The translations under genes were made by a program, and so were the position numbers. From the NCBI GenBank assembly GCA_002269645.1, contig NIVC01000406.1, forward strand, positions 260,724 to 324,723: DNA of 64,000 nt, read 5' to 3'. Source of the DNA: Macrostomum lignano. Taxonomy: Eukaryota. Of this stretch, positions 24,388 through 37,327 are shown one piece after another. The notes under the pieces are model-generated. The model was not told where the DNA came from. It saw nothing but the letters and a program-made list of their open reading frames with translations, and searched no databases. Position 1 is the first letter of the stretch, and the number at the start of each line of letters is the position of its first letter.

Positions 24388-25182
24388 AAGGAATAACGAG
24401 CTGAGATGAAACTCAAAAAAGTTAAACTACAAAGCATTTAGAATCATCGCGAGGAACTGAGATTAGCAATTTCTCATTTCAATGTCCTTTCTAGTTCACG
24501 CGGCCGCATCGAATAGTTTTAATCTCACTGCTGCCCCGCCTGTTTACCTCAGAGCGGAAACAATAAAATGCAGCAGAAAAAGAAGCTACGGGGGCGGCGC
24601 CTGGACCCTCCGTGTTCGGCTCTGTGCGGGCGCTCAGTTCTTTTTTTTCACTTTTGGCGCGCCTGCCTGCCTAACTTGAGCTGCCCCCCCCTCCGCTGCA
24701 GCAGTAGCAATATCTGCTTCTGCCTGCTGCCTGCTGCCCCCGTGTGCGCTCACGCAAATTCGCCTCCTAAAGAGAGTGAATGGCCGGAGCACTGGGGCCA
24801 TCGCCCCCCTACCGCACTCCGCACTCACCAGCCCTGCAAATGAATGCCTGTCCAGCTCGAGTACTCGGCTTAGAGACCTACCCACTCTCCCTTCTGCCCC
24901 ACTTTTAATTCATCAGTTTCGGCCAATCCGGGCGGCCTGGCATTGAAGCCAAAATATTCTGGCATGAAATTGAGACAACAGGAGGAGCACGAGGGCCCGA
25001 CAGACCTTCCCCGCAGGGTGGACGCAAATCAAACTCTTTGAGAAGGAGAAAGAGCTGTCGGTTTGAGGTCATTGCATCAGATATCGCAGTATCCTTCTCG
25101 GCTAATCTGACAAGAGAGGGCTTATTGAGGATTCGAACAACAGGTAGGCGTCACAACACTGTGAGACACTTCTATCTTGGAT

Positions 25183-25571
<389 letters not shown>

Positions 25572-25986
25572 GCATGTCGCACGCATAGTTAAACATTCAA
25601 ATTCCATTAGACCTATATTTAGCATCACTGTCAACAATCGTATCTGAATGGAAAAGCAGCCCCAGCACCCACCCACAAGTGTTTGTGAAGGTTAGCCATA
25701 TGCCAACGTAAATGCTTGGCGAGTAAAAAGCATTGCTGGCGTCTTTAAATAAAAAGCCCCTTTTGAGGTCGCCGGCCACAGTTTCAAAATCCAAGTTTTT
25801 TTGTGCCGAATAAAAAACTTACTAACCCCAGCTCGCCAACCTCGTCCCTGCAGCAGTTTGCTACCAACTCCGTGTCGAATATCTTTCTGCCTCAACGGTC
25901 ATAAATTCCTCTGTGTCTAATTTTTTCTTGATTGCCAGTAATACCAAATCCTTCTAAAATATATCTTCATACTAGCTTTGTATGGA

Positions 25987-26598
25987 AACCACCCCACTCC
26001 GCAGCAACCACCCCACTCCTCAATAACCACCCCACTCCGAAACAACCACCCCACTCCGAAACAACCACCCCACTCCGAAACAACCACCCACTCCGCAACA
26101 ACCACCCCACTCCGCAACAACCACCCCACTCCTCAGTAACCACCCCACTCCTCAGTAACCACCCCACTCCGCAACAAACACCCCACTCCGCAACAACCAC
26201 CCCACTCCTCAGTAACCACCCCACTCCTCAGTAACCACCCCACTCCGCAACAACCACACCACTCCGCAACAACCACCCCACTCCTCAGTAACCACCCCAC
26301 TCCTCAGTAACCACCCCACTCCGCAACAAACACCCCACTCCGCAACAACCACCCCACTCCTCAGTAACCACCCCACTCCTCAGTAACCACCCCACTCCGC
26401 AACAACCACACCACTCCGCAACAACCACCCCACTCCTCAGTAACCACCCCACTCCGCAACAACCACCCCACTCCGCAACAAACACCCCACTCCGCAGCAA
26501 CCATCCCACTCCGCAGCAACCATCCCACTCCGCAGCAACCACCCCACTCCGCAGCAACCACCCCACTCCGCAGCAACCACCCCACTCCGCAGCAACCA
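25987..26598. repeat. 19-bp minisatellite ending ~50 bp before the USH1G ATG
   Basis: Unit aaccaccccactccgcaac with variants. Confidence 0.95.
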
Positions 26599-26648
26599 CG
26601 CTGTCGTTTTCCGTCCACGGGTCGTGCAATTTCTGTTAAGCCGGCGGG

Positions 26649-28774
26649 ATGACCCGCCACAAGGAGCGCTTCCACCAGGCAGCCAAGGACAACTATTTGG
26701 ACCTGCTGCGGGAGGCCACCCGAAGCGAATGCGACGCGGTAGACGATAACGGCATGACGCCGGTGATGTGGGCAGCGTTCTATGGTCACCTGGAGGCACT
26801 GCGAGTCCTCATGGGTCGCGGGTGAGGCTGACGATTGAGTCTACAGAATGTCACTCTGTGTTTCTAGACCCAGAGAGGGTCTCTATGGGTGCTGCGTCTG
26901 TCAATTTTTCTGCGTTTTTTTATTTCTTCGTGTCTCCACGAGTAGATGTCTTTCCGTGTGTCCCTAGATTAGGGGTCGGCAAACTCCGGCCCGCGGGCCA
27001 CATGCGGCTCGCGAAGCCTCTCTATCCAGCCCTCAGGTCCATGAAACTTTACAATAGCAATCTGGCCCGCTCAAGGTTTGTGTCTCTTCTCAGGTCTCCT
27101 ATCCCTCCTCTCTTCTCTCCACTCATCTACCCTCCCATCTCTCATCTCTCATCTCTCATCTGGCCTATCTTCTCTCCCCACATATCCCCTCTCCTATTCC
27201 TTCCCTCCTCTCCCCCTTCCTCTCTCCCCTCTCCTCTTTCTTCTCTCCTTTCTCCCCTCATCTTCCCTCTCTCCCCTCTCCCCACGCCTCCCTTCTCTTC
27301 CCTCTCCTCTCATCTCCACGCTCCTCTCTTATCTCCTCTCTTATCTCCTCTCTTATCTCCTCTCTTCTCTACTCTCCTCACTCTCTGGCCCGCAGTCATG
27401 CGCTAGATTTTATATCTGACCCTTACGTTGAAAAAGTTTGCCGACCCTTGTCTAGATGCTAACTTCGACAAAGCAAATCACCAAATTTTACCATCGCCCT
27501 CTTTGACAGCGCGGACCCCGACCGCGCAGATCACATGGGCAGCACGGCGCTGCACTTTGCAGCCCTCAACGGCCGCATGAACTGCGTCACCTACCTGGTC
27601 AACTTTGGCGCCAACATCTGGACGCTGGACGTCGATCTCCACTCGGCGCTTGACCTTGCAGCGCTGAACGAGCACCGCGACATTGTCGACTTCCTGGACG
27701 ACGTGGCGGGCCGCCAGGCCGAGGTGAACAAGCGGACGGTGGCGAAGATGCGCGAGAAGGCCGTCTTGGAGGCGCAGCGCCGAGCTAAGAAGCGGGACAA
27801 GCTGATGAAGAAGGCCGACCGGCGGGCTGCGAGGGAGAGCAGCGACGCCTGCGACCTGCACCCGTCGGCGACCAACCCCAACTACCGGCACGCGCAGGGG
27901 TCCGCATCGACCTCCGCCGTTGCCGACGGTGTCAGCGTGGTGCTGGAGCGGACCAACCAGACGGCGAGACCCTACTCCAACATCGTCGCCGGGTCGCCCT
28001 CGCCGTCCGGAGCTGCGGCAACCGGTGGCGGGGCATTTTTCTCGTCGGCCACGTCGCCGAATCCGAAGTTGCAGCGCAGCCCGATGCCCGAGGCGGACAT
28101 CATGTACGCCCGCTCGGCCGACGGCCGCTCGCTCGCCTCAGCTTCCGCGGCAGCGTCGGCAGCAGGGGCAGCGGCGGAGCCTCCGCGCGGCGTCCCCGGC
28201 CTCTTCGAGCGGCCCGGCTTCGGCAACGTCGCCTTCCTGCAACCACCGCAGCCGCAGTCGCCGCAGTCGCCGAATTCGTTGAATCCGCACCCGCGCACTC
28301 GCCGCACTCGCCGCAGTTTCCAAACTCGCCGAACTCGCCGCAGCTGCCCCAGTCGCTGCAGCTGCTGTTCCCTCCGCCGGCGTCGCCCAACCGGACTCTC
28401 GGCCGGGAGTCCATCGGCACCTCGGCCAGCCTGGTGCTGCAGCCCTGGCGCGACATGCAGTGGACGGAGGCGGACGTCACCACGTTGGCGCCGGACTACG
28501 ATATGGATGGCCTCGAGAATTTCGGCGACGGAGACGACGGTGACGGGGAGCCGTCGACACTGGAGACGTTCCTGGAGTGCCTGGGCCTGGCCGACTACCA
28601 CCACCTGCTGACCCGCGAGCACCTGGATCTGGACGGGCTCGCCCTGTGCTCCGAGCCGGACTGCAGAGCCTCGGTCTGCCGCTGGGGCCGCGGCGGCGCC
28701 TCCTTGAAGGCCTGGCGCGTCGGCGGGAGACGCTGGCGGATTCGCCGCAGGAGATGCTCGACTTGCGACTCTGA
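26649..28774 (+). CDS. USH1G: USH1G/SANS (ANKS4B)-like ankyrin repeat + SAM scaffold, with two apparent 1-bp deletions
   Basis: Exon 1 26649-26821 (MTRHKERFHQAAKDNYLDLLREAT...GMTPVMWAAFYGHLEALRVLMGRG); exon 2 from 27510 (ADPDRADHMGSTALHFAALNG...FGANIW). SAM: STLETFLECLGL..HLDLDGLALCSEPD / LQSLGLPLGPRRRLL. The frame changes near 28294 and 28661. Could be an assembly error or a pseudogenised copy. Confidence 0.88.
26970..27449 (+). mobile_element. hAT (Charlie-type) MITE in the USH1G intron
   Basis: TIRs taggggtcggcaaac and gtttgccgaccctt. Flanks ccctagat and gtctagat match 6/8 and resemble the nTCTAGAn target preference. Confidence 0.8.
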
Positions 28775-29113
28775 GAAGCGTCTGGGCAGCTGAGGAGACT
28801 TAAAAAGGATTTAGGATCTCAAATTATTTACTCAAAGCACTTTTATTTTTTTACTCATTTTCGACTGGCTTCCAAAACCAAAATCGAATTGCCGTTCTCT
28901 GCGCCATGTTTTTATCATTTCCCTAACATTCTACGTTATAACTGCAACTACTAGCGTGCATTGCTACTCACGCAAGTAGTAAGTGAAGTCTACAGTTATA
29001 TATAGATCTACTTAAACAAAATGTTTATTGCGTAAATTTAGTTTACAAGCTGAATTGTACAGTGAAGAGTGAAAACTTCAATGTAACTTGTGGAGTTTGG
29101 CTTCTCTCTCTAT

Positions 29114-30240
29114 TTAGACATGTAGAGTGTGAAATATGCTGTAAAATTAGACATGTAGAGTGCGAAATGCGCTGTCAAATTAGACATGTAGAGTGCGAAA
29201 TGCGCTGTCAAATTAGACATGTAGAGTGCGAAATGCGCTGTCAACTTGGACATGTAGAGTGTGAAATGCGCTGTCAAATTAGACATGTAGAGTGCGAAAT
29301 GCGCTGTCAACTTAGACATGTAGAGTGTGAAATGTGCTGTCAACTTAGACATGTAGAGTGTGAAATGTGCTGTCAACTTAGACATGCATAGAGTGTGAAA
29401 TGTGCTGTCAACTTAGACATGTAGAGTGTGAAATGTGCTGTCAACTTAGACATGCATAGAGTGTGAAATGCGCTGTCAAATTAGACACGTAGAGTGTGAA
29501 ATGCGCTGTCAAATTAGACACGTAGAGTGTGAAATGCGCTGTCAAATTAGACATGTATAGAGTGGGAAATGCGCTGCCAAATTAGACATGTAGAGTGTGA
29601 AATGCGCTGTCAAATTAGACATGTATAGAGTGTGAAATGCGCTGTCAAATTAGACATGTGTAGAGTGTGAAATGCGCTGTCAAATTAGACATGTAGAGTG
29701 TGAAATGCGCTGTCAAATTAAACATGTAGAGTGTGAAATGCGCTGTCAAATTAGACATGTACGAGCGTAGAGTGTGAAATGCGCTGTCAAATTAGACATG
29801 TATAGAGTGTGAAATGCGCTGTCAAATTAGACATGCATAGAGTGTGAAATGCGCTGTCAAATTAGACATGTAGAGTGTGAAATGCGCTGTCAACTTAGAC
29901 ATGTACGAGCGTAGAGTGTGAAATGCGCTGTCAAATCAGACATGTATAGAGTGTGAAATGCGCTGTCAAATTAGACATGCATAGAGTGGGAAATGCGCTG
30001 TCAAATTAGACATGTAGAGTGTGAAGTGCGCTGTCAAATTAGACATGCATAGAGTGTGAAGTGCGCTGTCAAATTAGACATGCATAGAGTGTGAAATGCG
30101 CTGTCAAATTAGACATGCATAGAGTGTGAAGTGCGCTGTCAAATTAGACATGCATGGAGTGTGAAATGCGCTGTCAAATTAGACATGTAGAGTGTGAAAT
30201 GCGCTGTCAAATTAGACTTGTAGAGTGTCAAATGCGCTGT
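29114..30240. repeat. 33/35-bp minisatellite (~33 copies)
   Basis: Unit tagacatgtagagtgtgaaatgcgctgtcaaat. Confidence 0.96.
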
Positions 30241-31607
30241 ACATGTACTACATGTAGAGCCAACATTCTGGGCAGAAGGCTACGTAATTAACGATGATTT
30301 CAAAATGGAAAACTATTTTCATTTTTCAATCAAAAACGAAAACCCTCGAGCCACCTTTGTCTCTGAAAAAAAATTGAGCAGCTCCAGCATGGGTCGCAGA
30401 TCCCGGCCAAAGCAAACACGGAATGGCTGGCGCGGAGGAGGCTGTCTGTCAGGCTGTCAGACTGTCAGACTGTCAGCTTTTCTGCGCTAACCATGCGGGC
30501 GGCGCGTGCAGGCCGGAGGTTCGAGCCGATCCCCGAGCGCCATGGCAACCTCATCCATGGCGAGCCGCCATCTGCCACCCGGGGGGAGGTCAAGTGTTTG
30601 ATTGAGATCGGCTCAAAAAATATTCGATCCCGAGGACAGATCACGCGAACAACATCGCTTAGCAACAAGCTTGAGAGCGGGGTCGATCCGTGATACGTGC
30701 TCCAGGAGAGCCGGAGCCCAGGCCAGGGAACATGGGAGACATGAAAGTGACAATCCCTACAAAAATGATGCCCAAGATTATGCTTTTCTTTTCCAAGAAA
30801 CAGCTTGGCAAGCCAGGCAGAGGAGCCTTGCGGTCTGTGCGGAATTCTCTAATTGAGCACCAAAAGTTCAATATTTTCTAGGAAAGTTCAAAGAAATTAT
30901 TTTGAGCATTTTATGCAAAATTGACTTCGTTGGTCACTGGTCTTCACCCAGGCGGAGCTTCTGGACCTTCAACAGGTGGCACCAGGTGACTATGGACACC
31001 CCTGTTGGGAATTTCACTAGTTTCGCTGATCAAGCCTCAACTCCTGGACATCCTCAGCCAGTCTCTCAAACATTCCATCATCACCCCGATGACTGTCTTT
31101 TCTTGCAATTATCATGTTCTTAAACCGATCGCTTCCCATATTTAGATATTTTATACGCATATTCAAAATGTTTACCTCGAGAGGCGTTCGATCTGTAGAC
31201 AAATAAATTGAGTCATTTTATGCTGTTCCTGTAAGACAAGAGAAATGGCAACAGCCAAGTTCAAAACAGCCTTTTCGTACCATAATTTCCATTAATTTTA
31301 ATCACCAGAATGGTTGGATTCGATCTCCTTGTCCGTAAGCTCCCTACTCTAACTGGGGGGGGGGGCTGTTTAAGCCTTGGATACGCCCAGGCGCTGGCAA
31401 CAGAAATATGATTAGGGCGCGTGACAATTGAACATATTCCACCGTCTCTATGCTCTTGATCCCCGGCTACGAATATCGAGGGGATATTTTCCCTAGGAGA
31501 TTGTGATTTCAATGCGGGATCGTCCCTACTCATTATAATATTCTGTGTTCTTTCGAGTTTTTATTTTTCAAACCGCCTGTTCGCTTAATCTAAATCAGCT
31601 GGGTCGG

Positions 31608-31720
31608 CAACCTCCGACCCACGGGCCACATGCGGCCACGTCTCTATCCGGGGGCCCTCGGGTCCTTTGAAACTTCACAATATCAATCTGGCTTGCTCTC
31701 TTCTCAGCTTTCTCCTCTCC
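31608..31720 (+). mobile_element. Partial copy of the same hAT MITE family as 26970-27449
   Basis: gggtcggcaacctccgacccacgggccacatgcggc...tctctatccg..ccctcgggtcc resembles the left end of that MITE. Confidence 0.65.
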
Positions 31721-32322
31721 CCTCTTCCTCACAGGTCTCGGTAGCGTTTTCTAGACTTCAGTTTGATGAAGTCCGAAGCAGCCTCAGACTAAACCAGCTG
31801 AATCAAACACGTATACAGTGGGGTGTCAAGGATTGTCAAAGCGGGTGTCAGGGATTAAACAAGGCGGGTGTCAGGGATTGTCAAAGTGGGTGTCAGGGAT
31901 CGTCAAAGTGGGTGTCAGGGATGGCCAAGGCGGGTGTCAGGGTCGCCAGCTCCATCAGTCACAGAACGTGAAAGATGTACCACGGTAGTTAAAGAACTGC
32001 GAAAATGCGGAAGACCTTTTAGATGCTTCGAGTTGTTTAGCAAAAATAAAAGCAGTTTATAATTTGTGTTTACAATCGGGTCGGTTTCCAGCCTCATTGG
32101 CCAGATTAAAACAAAAAACAAAATGAGCTAATAACAAATTTAAATTGCCAGCCGTTAACAGAGCTGCTTACCAATATTTACAAAACCAAATTTGAAGTAA
32201 TTTGTGTGCTAATTTTCATGCAAGTTGAACAGCAAATGTGTACAGTGCATGGCATGAATCATTGAAAAAATATAAAATTGTCCCATTATTTCACACACTA
32301 ACCCACAAAAACACATAGACCC

Positions 32323-32532
32323 TAAATATTGTCAGACACTCGTATAGATTATGTCAGCAGCTGGTAAATATTGTCAGACACTCGTATAGATTATGTCAGC
32401 AGCTGGTAAATATTGTCAGACACTCGTATAGATTATGTCAGCAGCTGGTAAATATTGTCAGACACTCGTATAGATTATGTCAGCAGCTGGTAAATATTGT
32501 CAGACACTCGTATAGATTATGTCAGCAGCTGG
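32323..32532. repeat. Five identical 42-bp tandem units just past the stop codon of the HLH-like gene
   Basis: Unit taaatattgtcagacactcgtatagattatgtcagcagctgg; each contains CAGCTG. Confidence 0.95.
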
Positions 32533-32565
32533 TAAATGATTATTTCATCGAAGGACGAAGGCAGA

Positions 32566-34044
32566 TCAGCCCAGTCGCACCGGCCCCAGGTCGCAGAGCA
32601 GCTCAGTCAAGTCGCTGACGGCAGCAGATGACACGCAGGTCAGCTCGTCCGCCTGCGGCACCGCTGATTCCGAGTCCTGACTGTCGGGCTGCCGCTGCTC
32701 CTGCAGTGCTGGAACTGAAATATTGCGATAGACTTGTTCCATTCAAGTCTGCTTGCACTGACGAATTCTCTGCCTTCCGCCTGTCTCCCTTCCCTCCCCG
32801 CCTGTCTCCCTTCCCTCCCCGCCTGTCTCCCTTCCCCCCTGCCTGTCTCCCTTCCCTCCCCACCTGTCTCCCTTCCCTCCCCACCTGTCTCCCTTCCCTC
32901 CCCACCTGTCACCCTTCCCTCCCCACCTGTCTCCTTTCCCTCCCCACCTGTCACCCTTCCCTCCCCACCTGTCTCCCTTCCCTCCCCACCTGTCTCCCTT
33001 CCCTCCCCGCCTGTCTCCCTTCCCTCCCCACCTGTCTCCCTTCCCTCCCCACCTGTCTCCCTTCCCTCCCCACCTGTCTCCCTTTCCTCCCCACCTGTCT
33101 CCCTTCCCTCCCCACCTGTCTCCCTTTCCTCCCCGCCTGTCTCCCTTCCCCCTGCCTGTCTCCCTTCCCTCCCCACCTGTCTCCCTTCCCTCCCCACCTG
33201 TCTCCCTTCCCTCCCCACCTGTCTCCCTTCCCTCCCCGCCTGTCTCCCTTCCCCCCTGCCTGTCTCCCTTCCCTCTCCGCCTGTCTCCCTTCCCTCCCCA
33301 CCTGTCTCCCTTCCCTCCCCACCTGTCTCCCTTTCCTCCCCGCCTGTCTCCCTTCCCCCCTGCCTGTCTCCCTTCCCTCCCCACCTGTCTCCCTTCCCTC
33401 CCCACCTGTCTCCCTTCCTCCCCACCTGTCTCCCTTCCCTCCCCGCCTGTCTCCCTTCCCCCTGCCTGTCTCCCTTCCCTCTCCGCCTGTCTCCCTTCCC
33501 TCCCCGCCTGTCTCCCTTCCCTCCCCACCTGTCTCCCTTCCCTCCCCGCCTGTCTCCCTTCCCTCCCCGCCTGTCTTCCTCCCCTCCCCGCCTGTCTCCC
33601 TTCCCTCCCCGCCTGTCTCCCTTCCCTCCCCGCCTGTCTCCCTTCCCTTCCCGCCTGTCTCCCTTCCCTCCCCGCCTGTCTCCCTTCCCTCCCCGCCTGT
33701 CTCTCCCCTCTGCTCAGCTCCTTCACCCTTCTCTCCCTGCCCCTCACCGCTCTCAGGCGCCATCACGCAGTCAGGTGAGACGCAAAAGTCCACCAGACGC
33801 TCAAGAAAGTCGGCGACGTCCTCGGTGGTGTCGCCACCAGGCTCCTGGAATTGGAGAGATACGATGGTTTGCAGAGTAACGAATCTATTAATGTTTTAGA
33901 CTATCAAATGCTACTTTGAGCAGCTGAGCTCACCGAGTTGGATGAGACTGGCGGCAGCATGTTCTTCAGCTTGCGCAGCGTCTTCATGAGCTGACGTCGA
34001 GATGGCCGACGGTAGACGGGAATCCTTGATGCGTCAATTGTCAT
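32566..34044 (-). CDS. Small 3-coding-exon protein (118 aa), divergent helix-loop-helix-like
   Basis: GCCACCATG at 34044; exons 34044-33934, 33844-33748, 32714-32566 with GTGAG donors, CAG acceptors and matching phases (357 nt). Product: MTIDASRIPVYRRPSRRQLMKTLRKLKNMLPPVSSNSEPGGDTTEDVADFLERLVDFCVSPDC...LG. The gene structure is better supported than the HLH call. Confidence 0.72.
32777..33705. repeat. 21-bp pyrimidine-rich minisatellite in intron 2 of the HLH-like gene
   Basis: Unit cctgtctcccttccctcccc(a/g), ~44 copies. Confidence 0.96.
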
Positions 34045-34125
34045 GGTGGCGAAGATCTGAGCGAATCGTTTAGGACAGGAGGCGAAGCTTTTTACTATTT
34101 TGGTAAATCATGTCGCGACAAGATA

Positions 34126-34723
34126 AGACCTGACTCTGTACCAGATAGAGCCTGACTCTCTGTACCAGATAGAACCTGACTCTCTGTACCAGATAGAACC
34201 TGACTCTCTGTACCAGATAGAACCTGACTCTCTGTACCAGATAGAACCTGACTCTCTGTACCAGATAGAACCTGACTCTCTGTACCAGATAGAACCTGAC
34301 TCTCTGTACCAGATAGAACCTGACTCTCTGTACCAGATAGAACCTGACTCTCTGTACCAGATAGAACCTGACTCTCTGTACCAGATAGAACCTGACTCTC
34401 TGTACCAGATAAAACCTGACTCTCTGTACCAGATAGAACCTGACTCTCTGTACCAGATAGAACCTGACTCTCTGTACCAGATAGAACCTGACTCTCTGTA
34501 CCAGATAGAACCTGACTCTCTGTACCAGATAAAACCTGACTCTCTGTACCAGATAGAACCTGACTCTCTGTACCAGATAGAACCTGACTCTCTGTACCAG
34601 ATAGAACCTGACTCTCTGTACCAGATAGAACCTGACTCTCTGTACCAGATAGAACCTGACTCTCTGTACCAGATAGAACCTGACTCTCTGTACCAGATAA
34701 AACCTGACTCTCTGTACCAGATA
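34126..34723. repeat. 24-bp minisatellite (~25 copies), probably in a 5'UTR intron of the HLH-like gene
   Basis: Unit cctgactctctgtaccagatagaa; lies between donor CAG|GTAAGT (34927, -) and acceptor (34057, -). Confidence 0.95.
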
Positions 34724-35513
34724 AGGGTAGGGGTCATTGCAAGCAGAGAAGACTCAAGATTTTTCTGTCTATATAATATAGGTTTGCGTGCCTCAGGCTG
34801 TAAGACAGAGTCTTTACAGCAATACAGGCAGTAAATCTACAGTCATGACAACTATCGAGGCTAATCCGATCGATCCTATAAACAACTGTTAACGCCTCAT
34901 AATTACCCGCCCGCATGCATTACTTACCTGCCCTAGCAACTAAAATTTTAAAGCCGCGCCGCCAATCTCGCACCTTACTTCTCTTCTCCTCACTATAGAA
35001 TCCTGAGCAAAGGCATATTTTCAAATGATTTTAATACACTTCGAGCTCGTCAACGAGCCGCGTCCCCACTCAATTGAAATCCTCTGAGGGTGTTGGGCGC
35101 GAGCTTGGCCAAGGAATCCCCGCAGCCTTCATGAATAATTCATCTCTCAGGCGTGAATGCGAATCGAGTCAAGAGCGCAAGGATTGAGCAGGACGGGGCG
35201 AGTATCTCCCTCCTTGTCTCTGCGCTGTCACCCATACAGTTACCACCCGGAGTGTCTGCTCGCTTGGCTGACTTCCGCCCACATTGAAGCAGCTCTGTGG
35301 TCACAGCGACTTCCGCAATACTCGTACCATTTTCCTTTGTCTCTCAATGAGGCGTCATGGTCAAGATCTGCGAGAACAGACTGGAGTAAGGAGAATGAGA
35401 TTGAGTATGAGAATGATATTGAGAATGAGAATGAGTATGAGAATGCGATTGGGAATGAGAATGAGAGTGAGACGGAAAAGCTGAGGATAAGATGGAATGA
35501 GAGCACGAGAACT

Positions 35514-35518
<5 letters not shown>

Positions 35519-35575
<57 letters not shown>
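35519..35575. repeat. (GA)n microsatellite
   Basis: Pure gaga run. Confidence 0.95.
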
Positions 35576-35577
<2 letters not shown>

Positions 35578-37327
35578 GAGACGAAAGTCTCAGCCATGCC
35601 ACGCTTCCTGGAGTCGCCCCCAAAATCTGCACAAAGAACTTCTTACGCAACCAGCTGGCCACGGGCACAGCAATAAGAAGATAGTTGTGAAGTGATTACT
35701 GATTACCTGGTCCGCCCGGTTACCCCCAAATCCCCGGAGCCCCCGCTGGGACACGCTGTCCCCGTGTTGTCAAACTTCATTCCCGACTCCCTGAAGGGAT
35801 CTGCAGGTTGCGCAGCCGGTCTGGCGTGGGTAAAATCCCCGGCTTTGATTTAATCACCCCTTGCCAGTTCCGCTGCAAGCACCACCCCCCCCCCCAGGGA
35901 TTCGAGTTAGTGATGAGGAGGGGGGTAATTTTGTTGCTTACACAAAACAAAACAAAACAGAATCCCCGCTTAGCAATCAGGGGATTGCGGTGGCGCCTCA
36001 GTTATCTTGTATCCAGGCGGAACCGGGCCTGCCGGAGCTGTAAATTATCTGTATTAGACAGGTAGGAGATTTGCCAGGGTCCACGCAGCACAGGTATTGC
36101 AGTTGCAGTTTCGGGTCCAGAGGCTTTCTTTAGATGGCTGTGGCGAGATACTCGCTCCAGACTCCCATTTCTAGCAAAGTGCCCCCGCCACTCGCAGTTC
36201 CTGTTCTCCCTTTATCTCCACCTGGGATCTCCATCAAACTCTTAACTGGGCCACAGCCTCTTTAGAGTCCCTCCCATCTTCGTAAAAACAGCCTTAAGGC
36301 ACTGGTGGGAGGTGGAGGTTTAACACTGGGGGTATAAATTATTACGAGTTTGAACCCAGGGGCCAGATGTCGCCCCAAGAGACTGCGGCAGTTCATAGGC
36401 ATCATGCCGTCCATTAAGTTGGGTGTTTTGGGTCTTTGTACCCAAAGTCTTTATTATCTATCCCTGCAGTTTCTGAACACGACACGACGCAGGCAACTCT
36501 TAGTCTTACAGCTTAATGCTATCTAGAACCTAGCCAGCTAAATTCTGAAAAAAGCAGAAAAATGCATTGTAAAACTTACCGAATTGTCAAACTGAGTGTA
36601 GGAGCGGCTTAGGCTTTATCAAAGGCAGAAGAAGTCTTAGTCGTTTGACTGCTTTGTTCTGGAATATTTATAAGACAAAGACCTCTAGCTGACTACTGGG
36701 GGACTGGCCCGCTCGCGTGCTTATTTTTCTACTTGTAGCCTCTCCTCAATCCTACTTCTGGTTCTGGAGCGGCGGGCGGGGTAGGGCGGATCTTATACTG
36801 ATTATACTGAAGTGGGGGGCAGAGAGGGGGTGGTGGGCGCTCCAGGACCCGAGCTGGGGTTGGCTGCGGGTGACCCCCACCCCCCAAGCGTCTATAGCGA
36901 GACAGATGTCCCGACCAGGGGGGGGGAGGGGTTGGGAGCTGCGGGGCCCCGGCCCCAACCGCCCCCAACCGACGCCAGGGGAGATGCGGGCGGCGGCCCT
37001 GCCAGCCTGTGACTCGACAGGCTGTAGCATCAAAGTCTCTTTAGTCTGCTTTTGAAAAATAAAAACAAGCAGGGTAAGAGGGGATCGGGGATTTATCCTT
37101 TTATTTAGCAGTGCGGAGCCGAGCGGGAGAGCCGGTCTGCAGATGGTGCAGTAAGCAGGTCACGCTGAGGCTTGTCCCCTATTCGGTTTACCAGAGCCCC
37201 AAAATAGCAGCAGGACTGGAGAACTTAAAAAAGAAAAAAACCATTTGCCCAGGGAGTTCCGGATTCTTTGCTGGCCTTGGTCTATATTCTTCTACAATAC
37301 AATGTTCACTCAATTCACGCCTCACGC

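Noticed and set aside
32603-33899. 260-423-aa Pro- or Gly/Arg-rich ORFs on both strands
   Set aside because: They derive from the 21-bp array inside an intron of the HLH-like gene.
35750-36500. Possible degraded LINE coding remnant
   Set aside because: No recognisable RT, endonuclease or zinc-knuckle motif in any frame I translated.
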